Positions 38,400-48,172 of a stretch of 64,000 bases of DNA are shown in pieces (positions within the stretch are counted from its first letter, which is position 1; every line of letters begins with the position of its first letter). Below the pieces are notes generated by a model. That model was not told the origin of the DNA. It was given only the letters and a program-made list of their open reading frames with translations, and searched no databases. The position numbers and the translations under genes were made by a program. The stretch covers positions 3,230 to 67,229 of the forward strand of contig JAFCDN010000001.1 of assembly GCA_017609625.1 (NCBI GenBank), given 5' to 3'. The stretch comes from Candidatus Iainarchaeum sp. GTDB lineage: Archaea > Iainarchaeota > Iainarchaeia > Iainarchaeales > 1-14-0-10-31-34.

Positions 38400-39083
38400 A
38401 TGTGGGTAGCAAAATTTACAGTAACACATAAAGGCTCTCTTACAAGCCCTTTAACTACAAAGCATAACGTAACAATGCTTGTTTTTCCTTTAAACTCTTA
38501 CAAAGAAAAAAACAAAATCTACATCAGTGCAGCACACCTTATTCTGGGGAAAGAAGAAAACAAAAAAGAATACTTTAAGGACACAATAAAAAATCCAAGA
38601 ATAATAGAATATGATTTATGCGGAGATTTATTAATTTACAGTTTCTGGGCTCCGTTAAAAAATACTCATTTACAGCAATGGATTACTCCCAACATAATGT
38701 TCCTAAAGCCGACAGTTATCGGCCCAGATGGGATACAACATTTTACCATTGGTTCATGGAAAAAAGAAAACCTTTCAAAAGTAATGAATAAAATGAAACC
38801 AAACTGCAAAACATTTGAATTAGAATCACTAAAACAAGAAAAGGTTTCAGATTTATTTATTCCACATATTGCTCCTCCGTTAAGTAAAAAACAAAAAGAG
38901 ATTTTCAATATAGCCTATACTCACGGCTTTTACGATTACCCAAAAAAAACAAATATAGAAAAAATGTCAAAAAAAGCAAAACTTTCTCCTTCAACTTTTC
39001 AAGAGCATTTGAGAAGAGCAGAAGCAAAAATGATTCCATTTATAATGGAAAACTTAATGCAGAACCCCGCTATAGACCGGTAA
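38400..39083 (+). CDS. Transcription regulator with C-terminal HTH_10 (Bat-like) domain
   Basis: LSKKQKE...AYTHGFYDYPKK...STFQEHLRRAEAK. Confidence 0.88.
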   Translation: MWVAKFTVTHKGSLTSPLTTKHNVTMLVFPLNSYKEKNKIYISAAHLILGKEENKKEYFKDTIKNPRIIEYDLCGDLLIYSFWAPLKNTHLQQWITPNIMFLKPTVIGPDGIQHFTIGSWKKENLSKVMNKMKPNCKTFELESLKQEKVSDLFIPHIAPPLSKKQKEIFNIAYTHGFYDYPKKTNIEKMSKKAKLSPSTFQEHLRRAEAKMIPFIMENLMQNPAIDR

Positions 39084-39110
39084 AAGCAATAATAATTATG
39101 TAGAACATAT

Positions 39111-40652
39111 ATGTTTATGGTTTCAAAAACAGACGTATTTACTAAAGACAAGTGGATTATGGGAGAAGATATCCCTAACCTTACTTTTGATTTCTCCCAG
39201 TTATGGGCTTCTTCTTTCTCAAATGAAATGGAAAACTCTGTTGGAATAAATTACGGCGCAGTAGTTTTAATCCATAAAGGCCATGCCATGTCTTTTCATT
39301 TCCGAAACAAAGACAGCAATAATTTTGGTCAGCATGTTTTGGATTTAATTGTAAAAAAACCTGATTTTGGAAAAAAAATTAACAACAAAATAATTGAACT
39401 TTCTGACAGATTAGAAAAAAACGCAGAAAAAAATTTCACTAAAGATTTAAGCAAAATTTCAAACAAACAATTAGCAGAAATTTATTCTCATCACGATAAA
39501 ATCCACACTGAATTATATGAATATGGCTGGCTTCCAAACGCAATTGATATGTTTCACGCAAATTTTACAGAATTACTCTTAAAATACTTAAAAGATATTG
39601 GAGTTCCAGAAGAAAAAAGAAATGACTATTTAATTTTACTCACAACCCCTTCCAAAAAAAGCATTATAAACCAGGAAGAAGAAAGCCTTTACAAAATTGC
39701 AGCAGAAATAGAAAAAAATTCAAAAACAAAAAAGCTGTTTAAAAACCCTGCAAGCAAAATCAAAGAACTGCTTCCTTCAAAAATCAAAAAGAAAGTTTTA
39801 TTTCATTGGAAAAAATACCATCACTTAAAATTCATGTGGTTAGGCTTGCATGGGGTTTATTCTGTTGAATATTATATTTCAGAAATAAAAAAAATTTTAA
39901 GGAAAAAGAAATCCCCAAAACAGTTTTTATTGGAAGAAAAAAAGCATTTCCAGAAAATAAGAAAACAAAAAACTGTTTTAGAGAAAAAACTTAAAGTAGA
40001 CAAATTACACAGACAACTATTTGATTTATGGGCAGATTATATGCTTTCAAAACTTTACAGAAGAAATGTTCAGATTAAAAACTATTATTTGTTCACTCCA
40101 GTGCAGAAAGAAATAGCAAAAAGACTTTCTCTTCCATTAAAATCAGTTCATTTTTTTCTTCCGCAAGAAGTTTATCCTGCTTTAGTTAAAGGAAAATCTT
40201 TTGAAAAAGAATTGCTAGAGAGAAGCAAATTTTGTCTTTATTTTACTTCAAAAGGAAAAGACAAATTTTTTACTGGAGAAAAAGCAAAAAAGATGGCTGA
40301 AAAAGTAAAGCAAATAAAGCTTCAGAAATTAAATGAATTAAAAGGCCAGTGCGGGGCTTCTGGAAAAGCAAAAGGAAAAGTGAAAATAATAAATTCTCAG
40401 CATGAAATGAAAAAAATGAAAAAAGGAGATGTTTTAGTTGCAATTGCAACAAACCCTGATATTGTTCCTGCAATGAAAAAAGCTTCTGCAATAGTTACAG
40501 ACCAAGGAGGAGTAACTTCTCATGCGGCAATTGTTGCAAGAGAAATGAGAACCCCTTGTGTAATTGGAACAAAAATTGCAACTAATGTATTCAAAGACAA
40601 CGATTTAGTTGAAGTTGATGCTTCAAGAGGAATAGTAAAAAAAATATTGTGA
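39111..40652 (+). CDS. Protein with C-terminal PEP-utilising mobile (phospho-His swivel) domain
   Basis: GDVLVA..TNPD, AIVTDQGGVTSHAAIVAREM..PCVIGT, VEVDA..G.V; unrecognised helical N-terminal region. Confidence 0.85.
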   Translation: MFMVSKTDVFTKDKWIMGEDIPNLTFDFSQLWASSFSNEMENSVGINYGAVVLIHKGHAMSFHFRNKDSNNFGQHVLDLIVKKPDFGKKINNKIIELSDRLEKNAEKNFTKDLSKISNKQLAEIYSHHDKIHTELYEYGWLPNAIDMFHANFTELLLKYLKDIGVPEEKRNDYLILLTTPSKKSIINQEEESLYKIAAEIEKNSKTKKLFKNPASKIKELLPSKIKKKVLFHWKKYHHLKFMWLGLHGVYSVEYYISEIKKILRKKKSPKQFLLEEKKHFQKIRKQKTVLEKKLKVDKLHRQLFDLWADYMLSKLYRRNVQIKNYYLFTPVQKEIAKRLSLPLKSVHFFLPQEVYPALVKGKSFEKELLERSKFCLYFTSKGKDKFFTGEKAKKMAEKVKQIKLQKLNELKGQCGASGKAKGKVKIINSQHEMKKMKKGDVLVAIATNPDIVPAMKKASAIVTDQGGVTSHAAIVAREMRTPCVIGTKIATNVFKDNDLVEVDASRGIVKKIL

Positions 40653-40680
40653 GAAGAAACCAGATAAACGGTTTCTTTTC

Positions 40681-40727
40681 TTTGGGCAACTTACACTTTC
40701 TTTTCTTGCGAAGAAAAGAAAGGGTAG
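40681..40727 (-). repeat. REP-like hairpin between convergent genes, possibly a bidirectional terminator
   Basis: TTTGGGCAAC...CTTTCTTTTCTT-GCG-AAGAAAAGAAAG. Confidence 0.55.
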
Positions 40728-43700
40728 TTAGTCTTCTATTCCATTTTCTGTTACTTTGTAAACGGCTTCTCCGTCAGGTAAAGAAGGTGAATCTACAAGC
40801 TTTGCAACTCTTTTTTCTCCTTTTGCTTTTCTTAGGTACAATCTCGTTTTGCTGTTGTGCACTAAAAAACCGTTTGCAATATAGTTTTCTGTTTCTGGAA
40901 CGCTTATGTCATACAAAGGCAAGTTGTTCTTTTGCTTTTTAATGCTTGTAACTTTTCCAAAAGAAATTTCTCTGTTTTGAATAGCTTCCAGCAACTTTAT
41001 TTTTTCTTTGTGCTTTAAAGCAATTTCCTTCTCTTTTGTTTTTTCAAGAATTTCATTTAGTTCTTTCAAAGTAATATACTTGGAGTTTCTGGATTGAATT
41101 ACTCTGCTTGGGTATTTAACTATTTCTTTCAGAAAGCCCCAAATAACTTTTCTTTTAATAGGTACAATAACTTTCGCTTTATTTGCATTGAATTCTTTTA
41201 CCCATTTATCTAGTTTTTTTCTTTTATCCGGAGCACTGACACCGATTTCTTTGCCATACTTTACAACATCTTCACTAAATATTTCTAGGGACTGAAATTG
41301 TTTTGTTCCATATTTTAGTATTCTGGATTTTATTCCAAACCTTAGTAACAGCATTTGAATTATTTGCAGTATTTCTTTATCTTTTTGCCCAATGCTGATC
41401 CTTCTGATGTTTTTGTCAATGTGTCCTTCTGCATCCACAAATCCTTTAATAAATGCTTTAACAACAGGTTTTGGCGACTGCGTTATTAGGGCAATGTAGT
41501 TTCTTTTAATATAGGAAAACAGTTCTCTTATTTCTTTACTGTTCACGCTTAACTGCCAGCAATTTTTGTCTTTGATTTTTGAATATTTTCCTTCTATACT
41601 AAAGATGTCTTTGAACAGTTCTCCATAGGTTTCCAAAATTTCTATTCTTTCGTCTCTAAACCTTAAACTTCTTTGGTCAAGATTTCCGTCACCTAAAAAA
41701 TAACCAGTTGTTTGTGAAAGTTCTTTAGAGAATGTTTCTGGAACAGTTAATGGTCTGTGCCTGTAATTTAAAGCAGGTTGTGTTTCTTCAATTATTTCTT
41801 CCGCAATCCCTTCATCAAATCCAAAACCAAAAATACTGTTTATGTTTTCCATTGAAATTGGCTTGCTTTCATTCAATGATCTTCTTAATGATCTTTTATC
41901 AAAAGGCATTTCTTCACAGAACTGCTCTCTAGTAAAACCCATATTTTTAATAGTGTTTTTTATTAGTTCAGCGCCTTTTTTGTTGACAATCAAAAATTCT
42001 TTTAATTGCATTTTTGGGATTTCCTGTTCATTATCTTTAACTTCTATTTTTCCTGCTTGTAACAGATAGTCATTTTTTGAGATATCTTTTGCTTTCACTT
42101 CCTTGATTTCAAACCCCTCTAATTTAAAGAATCTATGATTTGATGAAGCATTTATCTGATATCCTGTATCAATCAAATAACTTTCTTTTATGTCTTCCCT
42201 TTTTGATTTAAATGTAACTGCTGAAACTTTTCCTTTTAATTCTTTTAAGTCAGTTGAACAAACACTGTTATCTTTGAACTCTTTTATTTTAGTGATCTGT
42301 CCATTGCCTGTTTGAATCAAGGTATTTGGATCAAGACAAGCGTGGGCAACAATATTTCCCCCGATTGGGGCAGTAGGATCCCCAAATAATATATCTGGTC
42401 TTGCCATAACTTGGTTTGTAACTAATACAACTATATTATTCATTTCTGCCAGCTTCATTAAAACATGCATATGTTTGTTTAATTTTTGCTGCCTTCCAGA
42501 TAAAGTGCCTCTTCCAATGAATTCTGCTCTGAATTGGGAAGTTAAGGAATCAACTATAACTAATTTAATGTTTTTTTCTTTTATCATTTCTTCGGCTTTT
42601 TCTGCTAAAACCATTTGATGATCTGAGTTAAATGCTCTTGCAATAAAAATATTTTTTAGGACTTTATCTGGATCTAATTTAAGGTGTTTTGCAATGCTTA
42701 TAATTCTTTCAGGCCTAAAGGAATTTTCTGAGTCAATGTATAATACATTTCCTTCTAATCCTCCTTTTTCTTTTGGAAGTTGTGTTGTAACGCACAACTG
42801 AAAACACCATTGGGTGTTATGCAGAAATACCGGTTTGTTTCCTCCAATAAAGCTGTGAATTTCTGGCACAACTAAATCATAAACCCAGTCATTGTATTCA
42901 ATTGTTTTTATTGAAGAGATTTTTTCCCATTTGACTTGTGATTCAAGAATTAATTTTAGTTTTCCTAAATCTTTTTTAATTTCCTTGTCTTCCAGCAATT
43001 CATTAGTCATTTTTGTTAGTGTTTCATTTATTTCAATCACTTTTTGTTTATTCATTTTTCTTGTAATGTAATTCTGAAAAGTTCCTTTTTTCAAATTCAT
43101 TTCTTCTCTTATCTGAACCGTTGAGAATGGAAGGACTGCAAGTGCTTTGAAAACATTATTTTCTGTTGGTTCATCCAGCAATTTTCTTGTTTCTTTGATT
43201 TCTTTTATTCTTACTGAGAAGAAGCGTAGCATTTGTTTTATGGTTCTGTCTGTAACCCTGTCCATTACCGGTTCTTCTCTTGCAAAGAAATTTCTAAACA
43301 ATGTTCTGTGTTCACTTTCTGTTATTTCTTTTTTATTCCATTTGTTAAACCTTCTTCTGGAACCAGTTAATTTAGTGTAAATTCTGGTGTACAAAGGCTT
43401 AATTGCTTCTAAAGGAATTCCGTATTTGATTGAAATATTTTTGTTGCTTGTCAAGATATTGTCTTTTTTTAATAAACTGTATTCTTTCATTAATTTTTCT
43501 ATTTTAATTTTTGCTTTTGGTTCTGTAACATAATTTTTATAGAATGGCTCTGTTTTTATTGTCTGAATTCTTGAAGTTACATTAACTCCAATTCTTGCAA
43601 ACAAATAAGTTAATTCTTCACTTAATTTTTTTGACCTTGTTCCAGTTACAACTGTTTTATTAACTTCTCCGTCGCCGTCAAGATAACCTGCTAAAAAAGC

Positions 43701-44837
43701 TTTGACTGCTTCTTCTTTTCCTGTAATGATTTCTTCTGGCACAAATTTTGTTCTGGATTTTGTTTTTCCTAATTCTTTTAGGAATTCTTTTGTTGGTTTC
43801 TGTAAAATAATTAATTGTTTTTTTTCACTAAATGAAGGTTTATACTCAAATTTTTTTTCTATGTAGTTTATCAGCCAGTTTTGAGCTTTTTTTTCAAATA
43901 TTGTTATACTGCAAGGATTTGCACAGCCTTCAGCTGCATATAAACCCAAAAAGTATGCGTCTTCTATTGGCATTTCTTTTCCGTTAAATTCAATTTTTTT
44001 TGGAACTCCAACAAAATCTCCTTCTTTTAGTAAGCCCATAGATTTCCATTGAATTCCTTTTTCATTTAAAGTCAGTAGTGGATGTCTTTCAGTTAATTTT
44101 ATTTTAGCTCCTCTTTCTGTTTCAACTAATTTTAGTGTTCTACAGTATTCTTTAAACAAATTTGATGCATTTGCTTTCTTTGCTTTTCCAAATTTGTCTA
44201 TTCCCATTACCTGCACAGGTTTTTTTATTTCTGCTAAAAAACCTCCGTCAAATGACTGTTCATTTACAGAATAATTTTCATATAATTCTTCTATTGAACG
44301 CAAATGTGCTTTATCAGGATTAAAATACATAATTTTAGTGTCTTTTGAAACACATTTTCCGCTTGCAAATTTACCATAAATCTCGGTAATGCTTTGTGTT
44401 TCTAATCCCCCTCCAACTAATTCATCTAATTCTTTTGAGCCTGTTGTAACCCTTCCAATTGTTTTTCTTCTTTCCTGAATCTTGTCTGCTGTTTCATAAC
44501 CCATTTCCAGTGATTCTCTTGCAGCAGTAATTGCTTTTGTTGCGGTAATTTCTCCTAATCCTGCAGCTTCCATCAATTCTGCAGGGGATGCAACTGCAAT
44601 GTTTTCCATTGTTTTGTATCCTGCTCCAATCAGTTTTTCTGCTGAAGTTGTTCCAACTCCGGGCAAATCTGAAATGGTTTTTATTTTCTTTTCCGGTTTA
44701 ATTATTTTTGCATCTTCAGAATCAGAACTTGTTTTTTCTTTTTTTTCTGATGTAATTTTTGCATCTTTAGATTCAAAAACTTCTTTTTTTTCTGTTTCTG
44801 TATTTTCAGAACTAGTTTTAACTTTTTTTTCCGCCAT
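40728..44837 (-). CDS. radA: Recombinase RadA with two inteins
   Basis: DLPGVG HhH, GKFASGK|intein|TQWCFQL, YIDSENSFRPER, VDSLT..FRAEF.GRG.L..RQ, GGNIVAHA|intein|SKTRLYL; spliced length about 361 aa. Confidence 0.96.
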   Translation of the reverse strand: MAEKKVKTSSENTETEKKEVFESKDAKITSEKKEKTSSDSEDAKIIKPEKKIKTISDLPGVGTTSAEKLIGAGYKTMENIAVASPAELMEAAGLGEITATKAITAARESLEMGYETADKIQERRKTIGRVTTGSKELDELVGGGLETQSITEIYGKFASGKCVSKDTKIMYFNPDKAHLRSIEELYENYSVNEQSFDGGFLAEIKKPVQVMGIDKFGKAKKANASNLFKEYCRTLKLVETERGAKIKLTERHPLLTLNEKGIQWKSMGLLKEGDFVGVPKKIEFNGKEMPIEDAYFLGLYAAEGCANPCSITIFEKKAQNWLINYIEKKFEYKPSFSEKKQLIILQKPTKEFLKELGKTKSRTKFVPEEIITGKEEAVKAFLAGYLDGDGEVNKTVVTGTRSKKLSEELTYLFARIGVNVTSRIQTIKTEPFYKNYVTEPKAKIKIEKLMKEYSLLKKDNILTSNKNISIKYGIPLEAIKPLYTRIYTKLTGSRRRFNKWNKKEITESEHRTLFRNFFAREEPVMDRVTDRTIKQMLRFFSVRIKEIKETRKLLDEPTENNVFKALAVLPFSTVQIREEMNLKKGTFQNYITRKMNKQKVIEINETLTKMTNELLEDKEIKKDLGKLKLILESQVKWEKISSIKTIEYNDWVYDLVVPEIHSFIGGNKPVFLHNTQWCFQLCVTTQLPKEKGGLEGNVLYIDSENSFRPERIISIAKHLKLDPDKVLKNIFIARAFNSDHQMVLAEKAEEMIKEKNIKLVIVDSLTSQFRAEFIGRGTLSGRQQKLNKHMHVLMKLAEMNNIVVLVTNQVMARPDILFGDPTAPIGGNIVAHACLDPNTLIQTGNGQITKIKEFKDNSVCSTDLKELKGKVSAVTFKSKREDIKESYLIDTGYQINASSNHRFFKLEGFEIKEVKAKDISKNDYLLQAGKIEVKDNEQEIPKMQLKEFLIVNKKGAELIKNTIKNMGFTREQFCEEMPFDKRSLRRSLNESKPISMENINSIFGFGFDEGIAEEIIEETQPALNYRHRPLTVPETFSKELSQTTGYFLGDGNLDQRSLRFRDERIEILETYGELFKDIFSIEGKYSKIKDKNCWQLSVNSKEIRELFSYIKRNYIALITQSPKPVVKAFIKGFVDAEGHIDKNIRRISIGQKDKEILQIIQMLLLRFGIKSRILKYGTKQFQSLEIFSEDVVKYGKEIGVSAPDKRKKLDKWVKEFNANKAKVIVPIKRKVIWGFLKEIVKYPSRVIQSRNSKYITLKELNEILEKTKEKEIALKHKEKIKLLEAIQNREISFGKVTSIKKQKNNLPLYDISVPETENYIANGFLVHNSKTRLYLRKAKGEKRVAKLVDSPSLPDGEAVYKVTENGIED
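40854..42338 (-). mobile_element. RadA intein 2 (495 aa)
   Basis: Starts CLDPNT; SSNHRFF; GYFLGDG and FIKGFVDAEG; ends LVHN|S. Confidence 0.94.
42816..44354 (-). mobile_element. RadA intein 1 in P-loop (513 aa)
   Basis: Starts CVSKDT; TERHPLL; FLGLYAAEG and FLAGYLDGDG; ends FLHN|T. Confidence 0.94.
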
Positions 44838-44853
44838 TGTTTCACCTCAACAC

Positions 44854-44883
44854 TAAACCTTTTAGGAAAAGGTTTATCAAAAA
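44854..44883 (+). repeat. REP-like palindrome plus CAAAA tail upstream of radA
   Basis: TAAACCTTTT-AGG-AAAAGGTTTA-T-CAAAAA followed by hairpin GAGGGAT-AA-ATCCCTC. Confidence 0.6.
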
Positions 44884-45058
44884 CGAGGGATAAATCCCTC
44901 TGAACCTTTTCAGGAATCGCTTTTGGCTGAGCTATCCTATTGATTTGTGCTATTAAAACTTAAAGTCTAGTTCTTTTTAAATAGTTTTCAGGGCTCACTG
45001 CCGTTGATTTTAATGAAAACAAAAAGTTTAACTAGAAAAGACGACTTAAAGTCTTGAA

Positions 45059-46159
45059 ATGGTTAAAGAATTTCTATTGAATTGGCTTTTTGTATTAATC
45101 AAACCAAGAAGCACTTTTGCTAAAGAAAAACCCAAAGCTTCAATGAAAAAAGCTTTGATAAATTACGCAATATTTTTTGGTTTTTTGGGAGTAAATCTGG
45201 GTTTTTCTCACTTATATTCTTCAGTTGTTGGTTTTTTAGTGAGATTTACTAACCCTCAATTGTCTTCTAATATGTTCCCTATTGAAATGGTTCTTTTGAG
45301 AACAGATCTTTTTAAAAGCATAGAAACTATAGTCCTTTTCCTAATTATAGGGTTTTTTTTAATATTTCTAATTCAAGGAGTATTATTTTTTATAGCAAGA
45401 AGATTGAAAGGCAAAGGTAATTTTGTAGAACAATTTTATTTAACATCTTTATTTATTGTCCCTTGGGGGATAATATTTATCCCGCTTGCATTACTGGCAA
45501 TGGTCACAATTGCTTTGTTTATTGTACCTTATTTAGGATATGTTTTGGGCCCATTAATCCCCTTACTTATTATGATTTTTATCTTTTTATTAGTCCTCTT
45601 AATTTATTTTTTTATTCTTGTAGTTTTGACATTAAAAGAAGCTCACAACTTTAGTTTTTTTAGAACAATTTTGACATTGTTTGGTTCAATAGCCCTATTT
45701 TTTATAATTGTTTTTTTGTTGATAGTTATTGTTGCTTTTCTAAATAGGCCTGATGTAAACCCAACAAACAACGCAGTTATTATCCTAGCTAATAGTTATA
45801 ATAGTGAACCTCCTGCCGACGATGGAAGCATGATAGTTGAGTTTTACTCTGGCCAAAAGATAACCAATAAAGAAATATCAGACAAATCAGGTTTAATTTC
45901 ACCTGGTGAATTATGCATGGTTAAAAGAGAATCCACTAAGACTCAAGAAACAGACTGGGAAATAACAAACGAATACATAATGTATAAAGCCAGCGGAAAA
46001 AAAGAGGCAAATCTTATAGCTTATTGTGATAAAGAGGGAAAAATAGAAGAAAATATTAAACAGTATGATTTATTTATAAAACATTTTGATTTATCAGATT
46101 GCCATTGTTTGGAAAAACAAATTTGTTGTGTTATAGGAATACAAAATGAATTGGCTTAA
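45059..46159 (+). CDS. Yip1-like membrane protein with Cys-containing C-terminal domain
   Basis: VLIKP..TF..EK, ARRLKGKG.F, LKEAHNFS pattern; several TMs. Confidence 0.7.
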   Translation: MVKEFLLNWLFVLIKPRSTFAKEKPKASMKKALINYAIFFGFLGVNLGFSHLYSSVVGFLVRFTNPQLSSNMFPIEMVLLRTDLFKSIETIVLFLIIGFFLIFLIQGVLFFIARRLKGKGNFVEQFYLTSLFIVPWGIIFIPLALLAMVTIALFIVPYLGYVLGPLIPLLIMIFIFLLVLLIYFFILVVLTLKEAHNFSFFRTILTLFGSIALFFIIVFLLIVIVAFLNRPDVNPTNNAVIILANSYNSEPPADDGSMIVEFYSGQKITNKEISDKSGLISPGELCMVKRESTKTQETDWEITNEYIMYKASGKKEANLIAYCDKEGKIEENIKQYDLFIKHFDLSDCHCLEKQICCVIGIQNELA

Positions 46160-46260
46160 TAATTAAATGCAAATATATTGGCTCTAAAAATATTTGGAGT
46201 TTTTATTACCGTTGATTTTTTAATGGTTTTTTCACAGGAGTTTTTTCTTCAGGTGTTTTA

Positions 46261-47400
46261 ATGATTGCAGACAAATTCCAGAAATTAACTCCATCAGCCA
46301 CTTTGACAATTAATGCCAAAGCAAATGAATTAAAAGAAAAAGGAGTAAATATAGTAAATTTTTCAGCTGGAGAGCCGGATTTTAATGCACCGGAAAATGT
46401 TAAACAAGCTGCAATTCAGGCAGTAAAAGAAAATTTTTCCCGTTACACTGCAGTTCCAGGAATACTTTCCTTAAAAGAAAAAATCCAGCAAAAATTGAAA
46501 GAAGATAACAATTTAAGTTATTCAGTTGATGAAATAGTAATAGCAAACGGGGCAAAACAATCTCTTTACAATGCAGTAATGGTTTTGTGCAATAAAGGAG
46601 ATGAAGTAATAATTCCTTGTCCGTATTGGGTTAGCTATGAGGCAATGGTTTTATTGGCAGAAGCAAAACCGATTTACACTTCAAACTCTTCATTAAAAAT
46701 CACTCCGGAAGAATTTGAAAACTCTGTTACAGAAAAAACCAAAGCAGTTTTTTTGAATTCTCCAAGCAATCCAACAGGCTTAACTTATACAAAAAAAGAA
46801 CTGCAGGAACTAGCAGAGATTGCAGTTAAAAAAAATGTTTTTGTAATTTCAGATGAAATCTATGAAAAAATCTTGTTTGAAGGAGAACATTATTCTATTG
46901 CATCTTACAACGATGAAATCAAAAACCGTACAATCACTATAAACGGAGTGTCCAAATCCCACTCAATGACCGGTTATAGAATAGGTTATTCTGCTTCAAA
47001 TAAAGAAATTGCCGGTGCAATGAAAAAAATCCAAGGGCATTCCACAAGCAATGCCTGTTCGATTTCCCAGAAAGCTGCTTTAGCTTCTTTTGACACTTCA
47101 AAAGAAGAACTAAAAATGCAGGTAGAAGAATTCAGGAAAAGAAGGGATTTTATCTCAAAAGAATTAAAAGAAACCAAAATCAAATTTTTTCTTCCGCAGG
47201 GAGGCTTTTATTTCTTTTTGGATATCAGCGAAATAGAAAAAGATTCAGTTAAATTCTGTTCAGAATTGTTAGAAAAAAAGCATGTTGCTTTGGTTCCAGG
47301 AAAAGCTTTTGGAATGGAATCCTATGCAAGATTAAGCTATCCAAACACAATGGAAAACATTAAAGAAGGCCTAAAACGATTAAAAGAATTCATTGAATAA
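46261..47400 (+). CDS. Class I/II PLP aminotransferase (aspartate aminotransferase-like)
   Basis: AGEPDF, NGAKQ, NSPSNPTG, SDEIYE, SKSHSMTGYRIG. Confidence 0.93.
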   Translation: MIADKFQKLTPSATLTINAKANELKEKGVNIVNFSAGEPDFNAPENVKQAAIQAVKENFSRYTAVPGILSLKEKIQQKLKEDNNLSYSVDEIVIANGAKQSLYNAVMVLCNKGDEVIIPCPYWVSYEAMVLLAEAKPIYTSNSSLKITPEEFENSVTEKTKAVFLNSPSNPTGLTYTKKELQELAEIAVKKNVFVISDEIYEKILFEGEHYSIASYNDEIKNRTITINGVSKSHSMTGYRIGYSASNKEIAGAMKKIQGHSTSNACSISQKAALASFDTSKEELKMQVEEFRKRRDFISKELKETKIKFFLPQGGFYFFLDISEIEKDSVKFCSELLEKKHVALVPGKAFGMESYARLSYPNTMENIKEGLKRLKEFIE

Positions 47401-47401
47401 A

Positions 47402-48055
47402 CTATTTATTCAATTCGTCTAAAATAGCCTGTCTTAATTCTGAAGCAGAAACTTTTTTTCCGTTAACAAAAAAGCTTGGAGTTCCTCCAACGCCTAATTC
47501 TCTTCCTTGCTGTGAGTCAGCAATAATTAATTCGTCTTTTTCATTGCTTTCTAATACAGCCTTAAATTTTTCCATATCCAAATCAAGTTCTTCCGCATAT
47601 CTGATTAAATCTTCTTTTAGCAGATGCTCTTGGTTTTCATATAATTTATTATGGTATTCCCAAAACTTACCTTGATCGCCTGCAGCTTCAGCTGCAACTG
47701 CTGCTTTGAAAGCAAAAATATGATAGCTTAAAGGAAAATGCCTGTATTCAAACCTTATTTCATCCTGAAATTCGTTTACAATATTTTTTACCGGGCTGTA
47801 TGCTGCACCACATGCAGGACACTGAAAATCTGAATATTCCACTACAAGAATTTTTGCATCAGGATTTCCTTTATATGGTCTTCCGTCATCTCCTGCGGGG
47901 GCATCAGGCAATCCAAACAAATAAAATCCTGTTACAGGCCCGCCAAAAATAAAAATTAATACAACTATAACTGCAATTCCCCAGCCAATAACCTTTACTT
48001 TAGAATTGCTTTTTTCTTCTTTTCTTTCAACCTGAATTTTTTTTAAGTTACTCAA
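47402..48055 (-). CDS. Membrane-anchored DsbA-family thiol-disulfide oxidoreductase
   Basis: EYSDFQCPAC, RHFPL, QGKFWEYH, GTPSFFVNG. Confidence 0.92.
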   Translation of the reverse strand: MSNLKKIQVERKEEKSNSKVKVIGWGIAVIVVLIFIFGGPVTGFYLFGLPDAPAGDDGRPYKGNPDAKILVVEYSDFQCPACGAAYSPVKNIVNEFQDEIRFEYRHFPLSYHIFAFKAAVAAEAAGDQGKFWEYHNKLYENQEHLLKEDLIRYAEELDLDMEKFKAVLESNEKDELIIADSQQGRELGVGGTPSFFVNGKKVSASELRQAILDELNK

Positions 48056-48172
48056 AAAACCGCCTTTTTATGTATAAATTCATCATTATTTATGCAAGAA
48101 AAGCTTTAAATTTCCTTGTTTTTTATTTGCTTTTTGCATTGCTTTTTATTTCTTTTACTCTTTACTTTTTTA

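Noticed and set aside
39065-39082. Imperfect palindrome ACC...CTATAG...GGT as an operator for the HTH_10 regulator
   Set aside because: Weak symmetry, lies in coding sequence and has no second copy in the window.
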